A stretch of DNA of 63,779 nt, counting the filler, from Nemertoderma westbladi (lineage: Eukaryota > Animalia > Xenacoelomorpha), in NCBI GenBank assembly GCA_032718475.1. It is 3 parts of 3 records of this genome, joined end to end, with 100 filler letters (N's around TTAATTAATTAA, not from the genome) between each part and the next. Parts side by side here need not be neighbours in the genome. Positions count along the whole stretch, not along the records: positions 1 to 22,730 come from JAUCBJ010003962.1; 2 more parts are not named here. One strand, written 5' to 3'. Shown in pieces: positions 1 through 12,800 of the stretch. The notes beneath the pieces are model-generated. The model was not told the origin of the DNA. It was given only the letters and a program-made list of their open reading frames with translations, and did not search any database. Position numbers and translations under genes: made by a program. Position 1 is the stretch's first letter. Every line of letters begins with the position of its first letter.

Positions 1-14
1 AAAGATAATAATTG

Positions 15-287
15 GCCCATGTGAAGAATACCAGACTTTATGCCGTTATATTTCACTTTGCAGTTACCCCCATGTGAAGAATACCAGGTTTTCACCAAAA
101 ACACAGGTTACAGAAGGGCTGAATCTAACCAAAATAAAAATCGAATTAGTATATGTACAGGTTATAAGATAGAAATGAGCGCTATAAAACACTTAAAGAT
201 AAATAAAAAAAAATTAAAAATCTTCATATATAAAATTTCAATAAAAAGTTGACCGAAAAGTGAAATCCTGGTATTCTTCACATGGGC
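15..287. mobile_element. MITE with 20-bp terminal inverted repeats (GCCCATGTGAAGAATACCAG); dispersed family
   Basis: Perfect TIRs at 15-34 and 268-287. Related copies at ~17960-18195, ~43961-44672 and, degenerate/inverted, ~46450-46740. The 70-aa ORF is incidental. Confidence 0.8.
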
Positions 288-527
288 GAGATAATTTACG
301 ATGGAGAAGTTGTATTCTCACGAAAAGAAAATGCATGATTATATCGTTTTATACAGCAGGCATTACTCTAGAATAAAATTTCCGATAGTACAGTTTAGTT
401 TACAGTTTCTACAATTTTTCATAACAACTGGTGTTCAATAGTCTACAATAACGCAACGCATGGCTTTAAATGCATTGGTCCTTGTGAATTATATAAAGTA
501 AAATAAGTTACTGATTCATCTTCTAAC

Positions 528-762
528 CTGATATATCAGTTGTTGGATAAGGAACAATTCCCGGATCGCCAGTGACAGCTCGGAAGTGCGATATCGCGAG
601 CATAAGGAGGCTGATATTAAAGAGAATAACAACCAACGGTGATATGAAGGTACCACTCCATGGGTCGATCATATATTCGATAACGACATAATCAGCGTAT
701 ATCACCGACAAATATGTTATTACAATACAAGTTATTCCACAAGGATCCAATCGAAATATCAT
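528..762 (-). CDS. DHHC palmitoyltransferase (ZDHHC3/7-like, Dnz1-type), first coding exon; gene continues beyond the window start
   Basis: MIFRLDPCGITC...YADYVV...FN...SHFRAVTGDPGIVP matches the two N-terminal TM helices and DPG motif of the family. Donor CAG|GTTAGA at 528/527. Confidence 0.85.
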
Positions 763-3048
763 TGTTTAACCGATTCGATTCGTTGTAGTGCAGTGTAGTC
801 TCTATGACGACAGTATGCTGGTCCTGACGTGAAAAGCGCATAACAGTATATGTTGATTTAGTAAGAGTTACAGGCTTTTATGTAGTTCTTGTAGATATAA
901 TATTAACCCTAAAATATTAATCATTAACAATATGGATGTGGGTTGGTAGGCCTATAATATCTGAACCTAACCTTAGGTTAGGGGATCTGATTAGTCTTTT
1001 AGTGTTTAGACGGACACTGAAGCTAGGCAATATGTAACTACAAGAACTAAACAATTCGATAACTTTCGTATTGTCAGATTGTGGTAATACCATAATAATA
1101 CAATATCTTTATCTAGCCTCATTTACTGCTTTAATTTAACACAAAAGCAGTATTACTGTATTTAGGCCAGCCAATCAATACAAAAAATATCCGTAGTTAC
1201 AACGCACAGACCAGACGCACTCGACTCCTTGACATACCGGCTGGCCGGTAGTGGTAGCCACAAGCCACGTGTCGTACAGGTACAAAGTGCAACAAAGCAA
1301 TGCTGCAATGTAACTAACTCTGTAACTACCATAGATTATTAGCGAATAAAATAATAAAGTAAACAAGCTAAACCGGTACCGGTAATCAGTAATGGCTTCG
1401 TCTGAGTTCGGATTATGTAGGCCTATAGTCTATAGATCAATAGATCCGTTTTAGATCCGGAAGTAATCCCTCCTAGAGGTAACTTTATTACTATTGCTGT
1501 ACTGCACTACTGCTGTACTGCACTACTGCTGTACTGTACATTATTACTTCTACAACAGTGGGTACGTTATGTAGGCGTAGGGTTTGTTACATAAATCAGT
1601 ACGATTGCGATATCGTAGGCATACACCCGCTACCCCTACTGCTCTACATTTCATGCCTATTTTTATTGCCGCTAGCGGTACCGCATCACATTTACCGCAC
1701 ACTGCCACAGCTGCACAGTGCCACGCATTGCCCACACTGTACTGTAACCCATAGTAATACCTGAAAATCAATCTCGTAATGGATCATTGATGATTACCAA
1801 GGTTGCTAAGTAACTGTCGGTTGCCAATCAAAGCTTCTTAGAATTTAGGTAGAAATTATGACTATTGTAATAAATACTGGTAATGTACTGTTTACTGAAT
1901 TAGCTCTTCTTCGGCCTTTTCCACGAACTTCAAAATAAAGGCGTGGATTCGTCTTCTATTATTATATCATAGCATCATCATACAGTATTACACATCTGGG
2001 ATTGGTTTTTCGGAAAAGTGTACTAATTATACAATAGTTTAGTACAATTGTGGCATTTTACAAGTATTGGACTAGGCTATAATATATCCATACATGAAAA
2101 ACATTCGAAGTGTTATAAAAATTATTACTGTAGCTTATGTACAGCATTACAAATCATTGTTACTGACTAGTTTTTTTTCAGAACCAAATAGGATAAACAT
2201 ACAGTATAAAAAACACCCCACCATATTTCCCGTTACTTGCTAATCCTCTTTGAAAGACCCTGGGATAACTTTTAATCAATCGAAAATTTATTTCCTTCTC
2301 CACAATTCGCTACTAATTATCGGCTGGCGTTAGAAAAAGCCGCCCATGTGAACATTCTCTGAGTGCCTAGGAAAGCCAAAACGAGTCAAAGTTTGGAAGG
2401 ACCCCGGTACAGACGTGGGGTTTTCTAACCAAAACAATATATTGTTTTGGTTAGAAAATAAGATATATGCGATGTTGTTGCCATTTAAAGGGATATCTGC
2501 ATGTGCAATTACATAGGTTCTCTAACCAAAGCAATAAACGATGGGGTTACCCTACTCTCCTAAGCAAAAATTAGTTTCTAATCCAGGTATAAATAAGTTT
2601 CCTAGAACTCCATGATAAAATCCACCATTGCCAATCAGTTCGTTCCCCAGTCACCAAATTAACCCCACCATAATAAAATAAATACAGTAAGTAAAAATAA
2701 CTTTCTAGTACTCCATGCTTATACCATTTAACTAGCTGATTGTTTTCGCCATAAAATATATTTTTGTTAAATTATATAACTCAACAGCGCTCTGGTTGTA
2801 TCTGCAATAAGGCCTACGTTGGAACGCTGCAAAGAATCAATCAATTACTTATAAAAATTCGAATTTTGGAACATGCTTGAGTATTCTCCATATGATAGCC
2901 AATGTATGTTTACCGCATACATTTGTTGTACAGTATCAACTGCAATTAGCGGCATAAATGGATATGAATACGATTATCAGAATGTTTGGTTCGGCGTTCG
3001 AACCCCGATAAGTTGACATAATACAGTATATTGCATGCAATAATTGTG

Positions 3049-3395
3049 TCAAGTACAATGCACACATCTCCAACCAGACACTATATAACATTGGAGGTGT
3101 CTCATAGGTTCCCCCAAACTTGACACTAGAACAAAATCGCCTCCGCTTTGCAGGACATTGCTTTCGCCGTGAGGACCAGCCAGTGCATAATCTTGTACTT
3201 TGGCAGCCTCATGGAGTGAATAAGCATGGTGGACAGCCCATGACTTTCTTGAGACGCATCTTAAAGGACACTGGCCTTGAAGATGCGGATGATCTAGTAA
3301 ATGCAATTTAGTAAGTGCAATTTTGTCGATAAGCCGGCACAGCATTCTTAAAAATGCAGCTGCAATGCAGCATGCCGATCCTAGTAGTAGTAGTA
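3049..3395 (+). mobile_element. RTE-like LINE 3' fragment
   Basis: RLRFAGHCFRR C-terminal motif; near-identical to 18900-19210 in the opposite orientation; ends in a (TAG)n tail at ~3381-3395. Confidence 0.85.
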
Positions 3396-3789
3396 TATTG
3401 CATGCATAATTGAATGAAGAGTAATTCGAGTTAAGACACTTGTTTATTTATGTAAAGGTCCCGCGCCTCACTCGCTCTGTAGGCTACATAAATACTTACG
3501 GGTTATAGCGCTGGAAAGTGATACTTTTCACACAATGATATAAATCAATTTTTCACAACAGTACATTTTTTACTAATATTTATATTAGGAAACGCTACTC
3601 TAATGCCCAGTGTGTAGGCCTACATATGTGTATGCCAGTAACCGAACTAACATTTCATCATACAGTAGATTACGGAAAGGTGCAGGTTACAGAGACGGGG
3701 TTTTCTAACATTAACAAAAATTGTCGTTGCCAATTAAGGGAAAGGAACAGGTTACATCATTGGCTTTATTTTCTAAAGCTATCCATCAA

Positions 3790-4810
3790 GCAGCAATGTT
3801 CCATCCTCCTACACATCTTGCCACATTCCATCCACTTCTCCGCATTCGTACATTCCAATTCATCTTATCACAATTAATCTTTTCAAATTGCCATCCGACT
3901 TCCCACATCCCCATCCATCTATATACTCTACATTCCCATATTCCCACATTTCACTCCTTCAACAATCCCTTGCTCTCACAATCCTATCCATCCACAATCG
4001 ATTTTCACACAATCCCATCTTCCCACATTCCCATCCATCTTTCCAACTTCTCACATTCCCACCTTCCGACATTTTCACGCATCTTCCCTCATTAAAGTAT
4101 CTAATGTGCCGACACACCGTCGTTAGGGAGTTAGTTGTTCATCATAAATTCACTAATGTTGGAAGCCAGGGGTCTATCTCCCTCGAAACTAACAAAATAA
4201 TATGAGTTTCTATCGATATCTGCCCTAAGGCCTTCTTCAGGAAAATGTATGTTAATAAAATAATAAAATGGTATACAATACTATAATAAAATATGCAGGA
4301 GCTATTTTATTATTTTATTAACATACATTTTCCTGAAGAAGGCCTTAGGGCAGAAATCGATAGAAACTCATATTATTTTGTTAGTTTTGAGGGAGATAGA
4401 CCCCTGGCTTCCAACATTAGTGAATCTTCCCTCATTCCTACTGTTCTTCTGCATTCCCATCCACCTTCCCATTTTCTACAATCTCATCTTCGTACATTAT
4501 CACATTCCTATCTTCCCACACTCCCATCTTCCAAATACCCATCCATCTTTCCACTTTCTTACATTCCCATCTTCCCACGTTAACATCTCCCCAAACTCAT
4601 ATTTTCCCACATATTCACCCCTCCTCGCTCATTTCCGTCCATCTTTCAATATTTCTACGTCTACCCATCTCTCCACATTTTCAATTACCACCCACCTACC
4701 CACTTCCCACACTCTCATATTCGTACGTCCCCACATTCCCTTGTTTCCACATTCCCATCTTGCATCTTCCCACGTTCCCATCTTTCCACATTCTCACTTT
4801 TTCACCCATT
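3790..4810. repeat. C/T-rich low-complexity degenerate repeat (CCCACATTCCCATC-like), interrupted by a palindromic element
   Basis: Visible composition. The H/P/S/F-rich ORFs are by-products. Confidence 0.75.
4148..4425. mobile_element. ~280-bp near-perfect palindrome, probable Penelope-like element terminus with a hammerhead-like motif
   Basis: Inverted arms of ~120 bp around a short loop. The right arm has TTTC-CTGAAGA-AGGCCTTAGGGCA-GAAATCGATA-GAAA. Confidence 0.6.
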
Positions 4811-5039
4811 TATTTCTTGGTATAATAAAGTATCACAATTGCACAACTGGCGTTCTTAGGGTAGGCCTAACTACAGTACAGTAGGTATGGCCTGGCAAAG
4901 ACTCATGCATTATGAGATTGGCGAATCCTGTAATCATACTGTACCATCACCATCGTACATTGAATACAGAATACCATACCATGCATGCATGCATCGCTCA
5001 TCGCATATCTTTAGGCAAACTTCATTTAACAATTTTTTT

Positions 5040-5197
5040 TACAATAATACAATAATAACACACTTCAATGATATAAATATTATCATAACTTTTTGTTGGG
5101 CACTGCTTTTGCAAAGTCGGCAAGGACATCCAGGTAGGATCGAACTGGTGACCTCCGGGTTGGAAGTCTGACGCTCTAACCATTCAGCTAGCGGCTC
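5040..5197 (-). mobile_element. tRNA-derived SINE or tRNA pseudogene
   Basis: The minus strand has A-box TAGCTGAATGG and B-box-like AGTTCGATCC at tRNA spacing, but the acceptor and anticodon stems do not pair. An AT-rich tail follows. Confidence 0.55.
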
Positions 5198-5494
5198 AGG
5201 TAAACGATAGACCTGGAAATACTATCTGATACCTACAGTAGTATGTCCGCAATCTACATCCTCATGGCCTCCCATCTGTCAATGTCGTCATATGCTGCCA
5301 CTGTGCCCAACCCCAGAGTACATCGCCGTTGCCGTAAAATGATAAATATATATCCATCATAAATATGATGGATAACATAATTTTACATGAATTTTATAAG
5401 TATTATAATAAAAACATGTCAACTAATCTCTACTCATCAAATTTTCACTAATCAAAATAACATTTGGCACAATTGGGTTCCGGCAACAGCATTG

Positions 5495-6509
5495 GGTTCC
5501 GGTACGCATATTTACAAACCCCATACAGTCTCGGCACTGACAATGTAATTCAACCTGAATTAAGAACCAATCAGAGATCAGCTGTTGTAATAAGGAGCTC
5601 AGTGCTGCAGATAGGGACCATTATGGGGTTTGGGAATATACCACTTACAAACCCCAGGCGATATCGGCAGTTATTAAATGAAAAAGATAAAATAAATGAA
5701 GAAGTACTTTGGGGGATATGTGGGCAATGGGAGTGCGCGTGGAGACTGAAAGTGAAAAACGAATTGGAGTGTAGATTAGCAGGAAATATAAATATATAAT
5801 AATAATGAAAAGAGGGTTATTTCTAATAAATTATTATTTACTTTGCATATTATTCTTAAATTCTATTTACATCTTTATTAATTAGCTTGAACACGGGTAT
5901 AATAAATATAAATTGATTTTCTATATAGCCTACATTTTTGACACTTTGCGACAGGGTCATTAGAATCGTATGATATGATCAAAACCAGAACATTTACACT
6001 AAAGCAAAAATCGGTGCACCGTTGGAAATAAGGAATAGACGCATTGAAATCATATATTATATTTGAATTTTAAACATCATATTTATTATTCACCTGATAT
6101 GGATATATGAATCGCATTACGCAAGGTTTACTACCGTAATTAATGGAAATGGTTTAATTAATTTCTGACTTCGGTAAATAAATATCCGATTCCACATTAT
6201 GATAAAAGAACATGAATTAAGCACCACTGTAAAATACCACTATTGTCTCTCCTCATAACTAACATATGCCATGTGCCGAGGGCAATATTCCCATTAATTA
6301 TATTTGCATTCACAGCTCAATCCCAATTTATTTATTTATTAAAGTGTTGACATCGCATAAGGTTTGGAAGTGGTGTATACCCAAACCCCACCGATCAGCA
6401 CTATTTATTTATTATTATCTGCTTGTCTCTGATTGGTTCTTCCCTTAGGTTGAATTGCATTGCCACAGTGTCGAGACAGTATGGGGTTTGAAAATATGCT
6501 TCCGGTACC
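5495..6509. mobile_element. ~1-kb non-autonomous DNA transposon with ~170-bp imperfect TIRs
   Basis: 5495-5655 is an imperfect reverse complement of 6355-6509 (e.g. CAAACCCCATACAGTCTCG / CGAGACAGTATGGGGTTTG). Confidence 0.65.
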
Positions 6510-6929
6510 TGGGTTCTGAACTTCTGACTACCAGCCGCGGCCACTGATTGAAGTAGGCCTACCGAAGTCAGGAAGTAGAACTGCACCAAATGTAGAAACG
6601 ATCTACTACAGTAGAACAGTACTACCTGACTACTACTACCGTACCGGTACTACTAAGTAAGTCTGTAAGTCGAGCGAACTCGGACAGATACGATCTAAGC
6701 ACCCGTAATGTAGAGCCTGTACCAATCACGATCCAATACCTGTCCTGTACTGTACCAATACCGTATCTGTCAGTCTGTCCGTATTCTGGGTTACCTCTGG
6801 CTGTCTGGCTCTGATGTCTGGAATTTCTGGATGCTGGACCTAGCTGCCTAGTCTGCTTCATGCTCTGCTGCTAGTACAGTTTAAGTACAAAGTAACCTAA
6901 TCTTGTCAGCAACTATTCTCAATCAGTCA

Positions 6930-9080
6930 ATGGCGTCCGCCTTACCAGAAGTGGCATCCGACGAGGAAAGCGACATGTCCTCGCAGGATTCATCCGTTTA
7001 TAGCGGCTTATCAGAAGACCCCGATACCGATACCGGTACCGATGATGTCGGTAGCGACATTGAATCAGACGTGGTGGATGAAGTTCCCAAACCTTTACGT
7101 AGTATTCCACTAAATGACCTTAATTCCCTCAGCACAGAAAACACCGATACAAGTAAAAGAAGAATCGGAGACTCTGTTGTAGATGAATACGCTGATTATG
7201 ACACCTCTGACGAGGAGGACATTAGGAATACTGTGGGTAACATTCCTCTAGAATGGTACGACGATCTACCACATGTCGGGTACACTATCGATGGTTCCAA
7301 ACTAATGAAACCAATTGGTAGGGGGGAGATCGATAAGTTCATTAGCAAGGTGGATAACCCTGATTATTGGCGAACTATTGTAGACCGAGGTACTGGAGAG
7401 GAGAAGGTTCTATCTGCGGAAGAACTCGATATAGTGAAGCGTTTATTTAGAGGAGGGATTCCGCATTCATCCGTCGATCCGTTTCCGAAATGGCTCGACA
7501 TATTCACCTCGGAGGTGGAAATCCACCCGTTATCGAATCGCCCTCCGGATAAACGTTCGTTCACCCCGTCGGCCCACGAGCAGCGCCGCGTGCGGCGTCT
7601 AGTGGCGGCGATTCGCGCGGGTTGGCTAGTCCCCCGAGACCGTAAACCGGTCGCCGACCCGCTGTTCCCTCAGAACTACCGCGACCTGTGGGCCGACGAG
7701 ACGTCGGGAGTCGGAAAACGGAACCAAATCGTCGCCCCTAAAACTCGCCTCCCGGGCCACGCGGAGAGTTACAACCCTCCGGAGGAGTATCTCTTCACGC
7801 GAGAGGAAGAGGATCGGTGGTCCTCCCAGGATCCACGGAAGCGTCGTTCCGACTTTATCCCGCGGAAGGTCGACGCTCTCCGGAAGTTGGTCCCGTACGA
7901 CCGGGTCATTCGGGATCGATTCGACCGCTGTCTCGACCTGCTGATGTGCCCGCGAGTTCGCAAGGAGCGCGTGGCGATCTCCAACCCCGAGGAGTTGCTC
8001 CCTAAACTCCCCCGGGCCCGGGACTTGGAGCCGTTCCCCCGGCGTTTAGCCGTCAGCTACCGCGGACACCGGGGCCCAGTGCTGGCGGTGTCCACCGCTC
8101 CATCTGGACAGTGGTTGGCGTCCGGCGGGCGCGACGGTACTGTCCGCGTATGGGAGGTCGCCAGTGGTCGCTGTCGTCATAGCTACGCGACCGGCGCTGC
8201 GGTGACCTCGGTGGAGTGGTCCCCGAGCGGGAAGTTGAGTCTGCTTGTAGCGGCAACCGGTAACCGCGTACTCATTTTTCTCCCTGGAGTCGGGGACTCG
8301 TTGCTCCTCCAGCGAACTCGCTCGTTTCTATCCGCGCTGCCCGCCAGCGCCGAGACCTCGCTCTACCCGTGGGAGCCGTTAGCTCCCGCCCCCGTCGGAC
8401 TGCACCCCCGGTTTGCTGTCTCTCTACCCGCGGCCTCCTCCCTGCGACAGGTCGTCTGGCACCGTCAGGGCGATTACTTCGCCTCGGTGTCCCACGCAAC
8501 CAGCGGCGGCCCTTCCGTTCTCATCCATCGGGTCTCCCGCTCCCACTCCCAGGCCCCGTTCTCCCGCCCTCCCGGGGCCGTGCAGGCCGTCTGCTTCCAT
8601 CCGGTTGCCTCTCAACTGTTCGTCGCTACGCAGCGCCACGTAGTCATCTACGATCTCGCCAAACAACGACTCATTAAACGCCTCGCGTCCAACTGTAAAT
8701 GGGTGAGCAGTCTGGCCGTGCACCCGGGAGGCGAAAACCTAATCATCGGCTCCTACGACTGTAAACTCTCGTGGTTCGATCTGGAGCTCAGCTGTAAACC
8801 GTACCGGGTTCTCCGCCACGCTAAACGCGCGATCCGCGCGGTCGCCTTCCATCCCCGCTACCCGCTGTTCGCCTCCGCCAGCGACGACGGCACTCTCACC
8901 GTCTGCCACGGTACCGTCTACAACGACCTGCTGAGTAACGCGCTGGTACTCCCGTTGCGTACGTTGGACGCGCATTCGGTGACGCAGGATCTGGGTACCA
9001 TGGCCACTGCGTTCCATCCCGTACAGCCGTGGGTGTTTAGTGCCGGGGCTGATGGGGCGATACGGCTGTTCTCCAACTAG
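6930..9080 (+). CDS. BOP1: Ribosome biogenesis protein BOP1/Erb1 (PeBoW complex), intron-free CDS
   Basis: Acidic N-terminus; DTSDEEDIRNTVGNIPLEWY; LPGHAESYNPPEEYL; RFDRCLDL; C-terminal WD40 propeller ending FHPVQPWVFSAGADG. First ATG at 6930 (the ORF track starts at an upstream TTG). Confidence 0.97.
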   Translation: MASALPEVASDEESDMSSQDSSVYSGLSEDPDTDTGTDDVGSDIESDVVDEVPKPLRSIPLNDLNSLSTENTDTSKRRIGDSVVDEYADYDTSDEEDIRNTVGNIPLEWYDDLPHVGYTIDGSKLMKPIGRGEIDKFISKVDNPDYWRTIVDRGTGEEKVLSAEELDIVKRLFRGGIPHSSVDPFPKWLDIFTSEVEIHPLSNRPPDKRSFTPSAHEQRRVRRLVAAIRAGWLVPRDRKPVADPLFPQNYRDLWADETSGVGKRNQIVAPKTRLPGHAESYNPPEEYLFTREEEDRWSSQDPRKRRSDFIPRKVDALRKLVPYDRVIRDRFDRCLDLLMCPRVRKERVAISNPEELLPKLPRARDLEPFPRRLAVSYRGHRGPVLAVSTAPSGQWLASGGRDGTVRVWEVASGRCRHSYATGAAVTSVEWSPSGKLSLLVAATGNRVLIFLPGVGDSLLLQRTRSFLSALPASAETSLYPWEPLAPAPVGLHPRFAVSLPAASSLRQVVWHRQGDYFASVSHATSGGPSVLIHRVSRSHSQAPFSRPPGAVQAVCFHPVASQLFVATQRHVVIYDLAKQRLIKRLASNCKWVSSLAVHPGGENLIIGSYDCKLSWFDLELSCKPYRVLRHAKRAIRAVAFHPRYPLFASASDDGTLTVCHGTVYNDLLSNALVLPLRTLDAHSVTQDLGTMATAFHPVQPWVFSAGADGAIRLFSN

Positions 9081-9813
9081 TTGTATCACTAAACTTTCAC
9101 ATTCTCTATTATTTGCAGTGCAAAATGTCAATATTTGTGTGCTAATAGTAATTGAACAGTGAATAAGAAGATTAGATGGTTTTAGATAATAATAATTAAC
9201 AGCAATGTACGATTCATTTGAGGGGTCATTCTCATATTTTAATCATTACGTATTGCTAACGTCAAAGAAAAAACCAAACGATTTAGGGGAATTTGCAAAT
9301 TACATACTATGTGACGGAATGTACATAATGCCACAATCTAGGGTATAATGGTTTTTAAGTGATGGTATAAAAAAGTGTTTTTATTTAGTTTTTCGATTCG
9401 CTTCATTTAGTTTTTTTCCTTTATGTTATTATTTCGATTGTTTACGCCATCCCCGCCAAAAGACGTAAAGTTTCTACGTTCAACGTTTGTAATATTAATG
9501 TACAAAAATCATCAAACCAACAATTATTCACGATATTCTTGTTCTAAGTTTCTTTTGAGAGTATTATTTTAGCTTATTTAGCTTTTTCAAAGAATCTGGG
9601 CAGGGAATAAAGTACGATTGCTGTTAAACATCAACAAACACAGTCAAAGAATGCCCTGTAGGCTACAAAATAATATAAAAATATATCTCGTTTTTTTAAA
9701 CTATTATTACATACACTACTGTACGTACGTAGGTGCACGAACTTATGAAAGTCTTCCTTATCAAATGATAAATTATTAATTTATTAATAATAATAGTTTA
9801 AGTGTCACTGATT

Positions 9814-12800
9814 TTAGGCTTTGGTTTGCTCTGGTTTTTCGTTATCTTTTTTTTCTTCATTACTTTCTTCCTTTTCGGATTCTTTCTTCTTTTTCTTCTC
9901 TTCGCGTTCCTTCTCTTCTATCTCCCACCAATCACTAGGGTAACGGGCAATATCCTCCATAAACTGTTCGTTTTTCGCCCAATCCATGGCTAGTTTTTCA
10001 TTATCTGCAATAGCAATTATTATTATTGGTTTTGAGTGATTTTTTACTATGAGCATACTGTAAACTGCTTCTTTGCGTCTCTTCTTTACATAAAGATAGC
10101 TACAACGAAAACTATTCAGTGGACTAAGTTATACTAAAACTACATCAATTTCTCGGTCACTTTCGGTGTATATATGTTCCAAGTGTATGTTATCCTCCAA
10201 GGAGATAACCTATTAATCTAATGTATTATTGCAGATGGGCTGGTTGCGAGTTTGAACTACAATGATATTTTCATTAATTTCAAATATTACAAAATCATAC
10301 CTATTATTGGCTTGGCATCCCGAATTCTTTGGAGTATTTCTTGGTTTTCCATAGTTACCCTTAGTAACTCTCTCTGTCGGCGTTCAATACTTAGACTCTC
10401 GGGACTGTAATCGTTATGGTTATCTACAGAGCCACCTGTCCGCATTATTCGAGACATCTTCTCCAGCAATAACCTTAAGTAAACAATAACACACTAGCGG
10501 AAAGTTTTAGTACAGTCCAAATAGGTATAAGTGGGAGAGCCAACTGTAGCGCACAAGTCTCTCTTAGTCACCTTACCGGTTGTTCCAATAAGTGAGTGTG
10601 AGACCCAAGCTCTCGTATTATACGAGTATTATTACACCATTTTATGGTAAGTGTAATACTTACCGGACTGTTTGTCCTGTCCCTCTCAATGACAATCGTC
10701 TACTAACCGGTTGTCCCATTCAATGACAAACAATATCTCGTCTACTTACCGGTTGTCCCATTCTATGATAAACAATCTGTCGTCTAATTACCGGTTGTCC
10801 CATTCTATGACAAACAATCTCTCGTCTACTTACCGGTTGTCCCATTCGTTGACAAACAATCTCTCGTCTACTAACCGGTTGTCCCATTCAAGGACAACAA
10901 TCTCTCGTCTACTTACCGGTTGTCTCATTCTATGACAAACAATGTCTCGTCTACTAACCGGTTGTTCCATTCAATGACACACAATCTCTCGTCTACGAAC
11001 TGGTTGTCCCATTCAATGATAAACAATCTCTCGTCTACTAACCGGTTGTCACATTCAATGACAAACAATCTCTCGTCTACTTACCGGTTGTCCCATTCTA
11101 TGACAAACAATCTCTCGTCTACTAACCGGTTGTCCCATTCAATGACAAACAATATCTCGTCTACTTACCGGTTGTCCCATTCGTTGACAAACAATCTCTC
11201 GTCTACTAACCGGTTGTCCCATTCAAGGACAACAATCTCTCGTCTACTTACCGGTTGTCTCATTCTATGACAAACAATGTCTCGTCTACTAACCGGTTGT
11301 TCCATTCAATGACACACAATATCTCGTCTACGAACTGGTTGTCCCATTCAATGACAAACAATCTCTCGTCCACTTTCCGGTTGTCTAATTTAATGACAAA
11401 CAATCTCTCGTCTACTTACCGATTGTCGCATTCTATGACAAACAATCTCTCGTCTACTAACCGGTTGTCCCATTCAATGGCAAACAATCTCTCGTCTACT
11501 AACTGTTTGTCCCATTCAATGACAAACAATCTCTCGTCCACTTTCCGGTTGTCTAATTTAATGACAAACAATCTCTCGTCTACTTACCGATTGTCCCATT
11601 CTATGACAAACAATCTCGTGTCTACTAACTGGTTGTCCCATTCAATGACAAACAATCTCTCGTCTACTAACTGGTTGTCCCATTCAATGACAAACAATCT
11701 CTCGTCTACTTACCGATTGTCCCATTCTATGGCAAACAATCTCTCGTCTACTAACTGGTTGTCCCCGGTTGCTAATTTAATGACAAACAATCTCTCGTCT
11801 ACTTACCGATTGTCCCATTCTATGGCAAACAATCTCTCGTTTACTAACTGGTTGTCCCATTCAATGACAAACAATCTCTCGTCCACTTTCCGGTTGTCTA
11901 ATTTAATGACAAACAATCTCTCATCTACTTACCGATTGTCCCATTCTATGACAAACAATCTCTTGTCTACTAGCCGATTGTCCCATTCTATGACAAACAA
12001 TCTCTTGTCTACTAACCGGTTGTCCCATTCAATGACAAACAATCTCTCGTCTACTTACCGATTGTCCCATTCTATGGCAAACAATCTCTCGTCTACTAAC
12101 TGGTTGTCCCCGGTTGCTAATTTAATGACAAACAATCTCTCGTCTACTTACCGATTGTCCCATTCTATGGCAAACAATCTCTCGTTTACTAACTGGTTGT
12201 CCCATTCAATGACAAACAATCTCTCGTCCACTTTCCGGTTGTCTAATTTAATGACAAACAATCTCTCATCTACTTACCGATTGTCCCATTCTATGACAAA
12301 CAATCTCTTGTCTACTAACCGATTGTCCCATTCTATGACAAACAATCTCTTGTCTACTAACCGGTTGTCCCATTCAATGGCAAACAATCTCTCGTCTACT
12401 AACTGTTTGTCCCATTCAATGACAAACAATCTCTCGTCCACTTTCCGGTTGTCTAATTTAATGACAAACAATCTCTCGTCTACTTACCGATTGTCCCATT
12501 CTATGACAAACAATCTCGTGTCTACTAACTGGTTGTCCCATTCAATGACAAACAATCTCTCGTCTACTAACTGGTTGTCCCATTCAATGACAAACAATCT
12601 CTCGTCTACTTACCGATTGTCCCATTCTATGGCAAACAATCTCTCGTCTACTAACTGGTTGTCCCCGGTTGCTAATTTAATGACAAACAATCTCTCGTCT
12701 ACTTACCGATTGTCCCATTCTATGGCAAACAATCTCTCGTTTACTAACTGGTTGTCCCATTCAATGACAAACAATCTCTCGTCCACTTTCCGGTTGTCTA

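Noticed and set aside
5125-5197. A second tRNA gene
   Set aside because: The acceptor and anticodon stems do not pair, so it is treated as a SINE head or pseudogene.
7364-9131. Overlapping antisense and alternate-frame ORFs in BOP1 (likewise in RCC1, SDA1, Slo and ROCO)
   Set aside because: These are shadow ORFs expected from GC-rich or codon-biased coding sequence.
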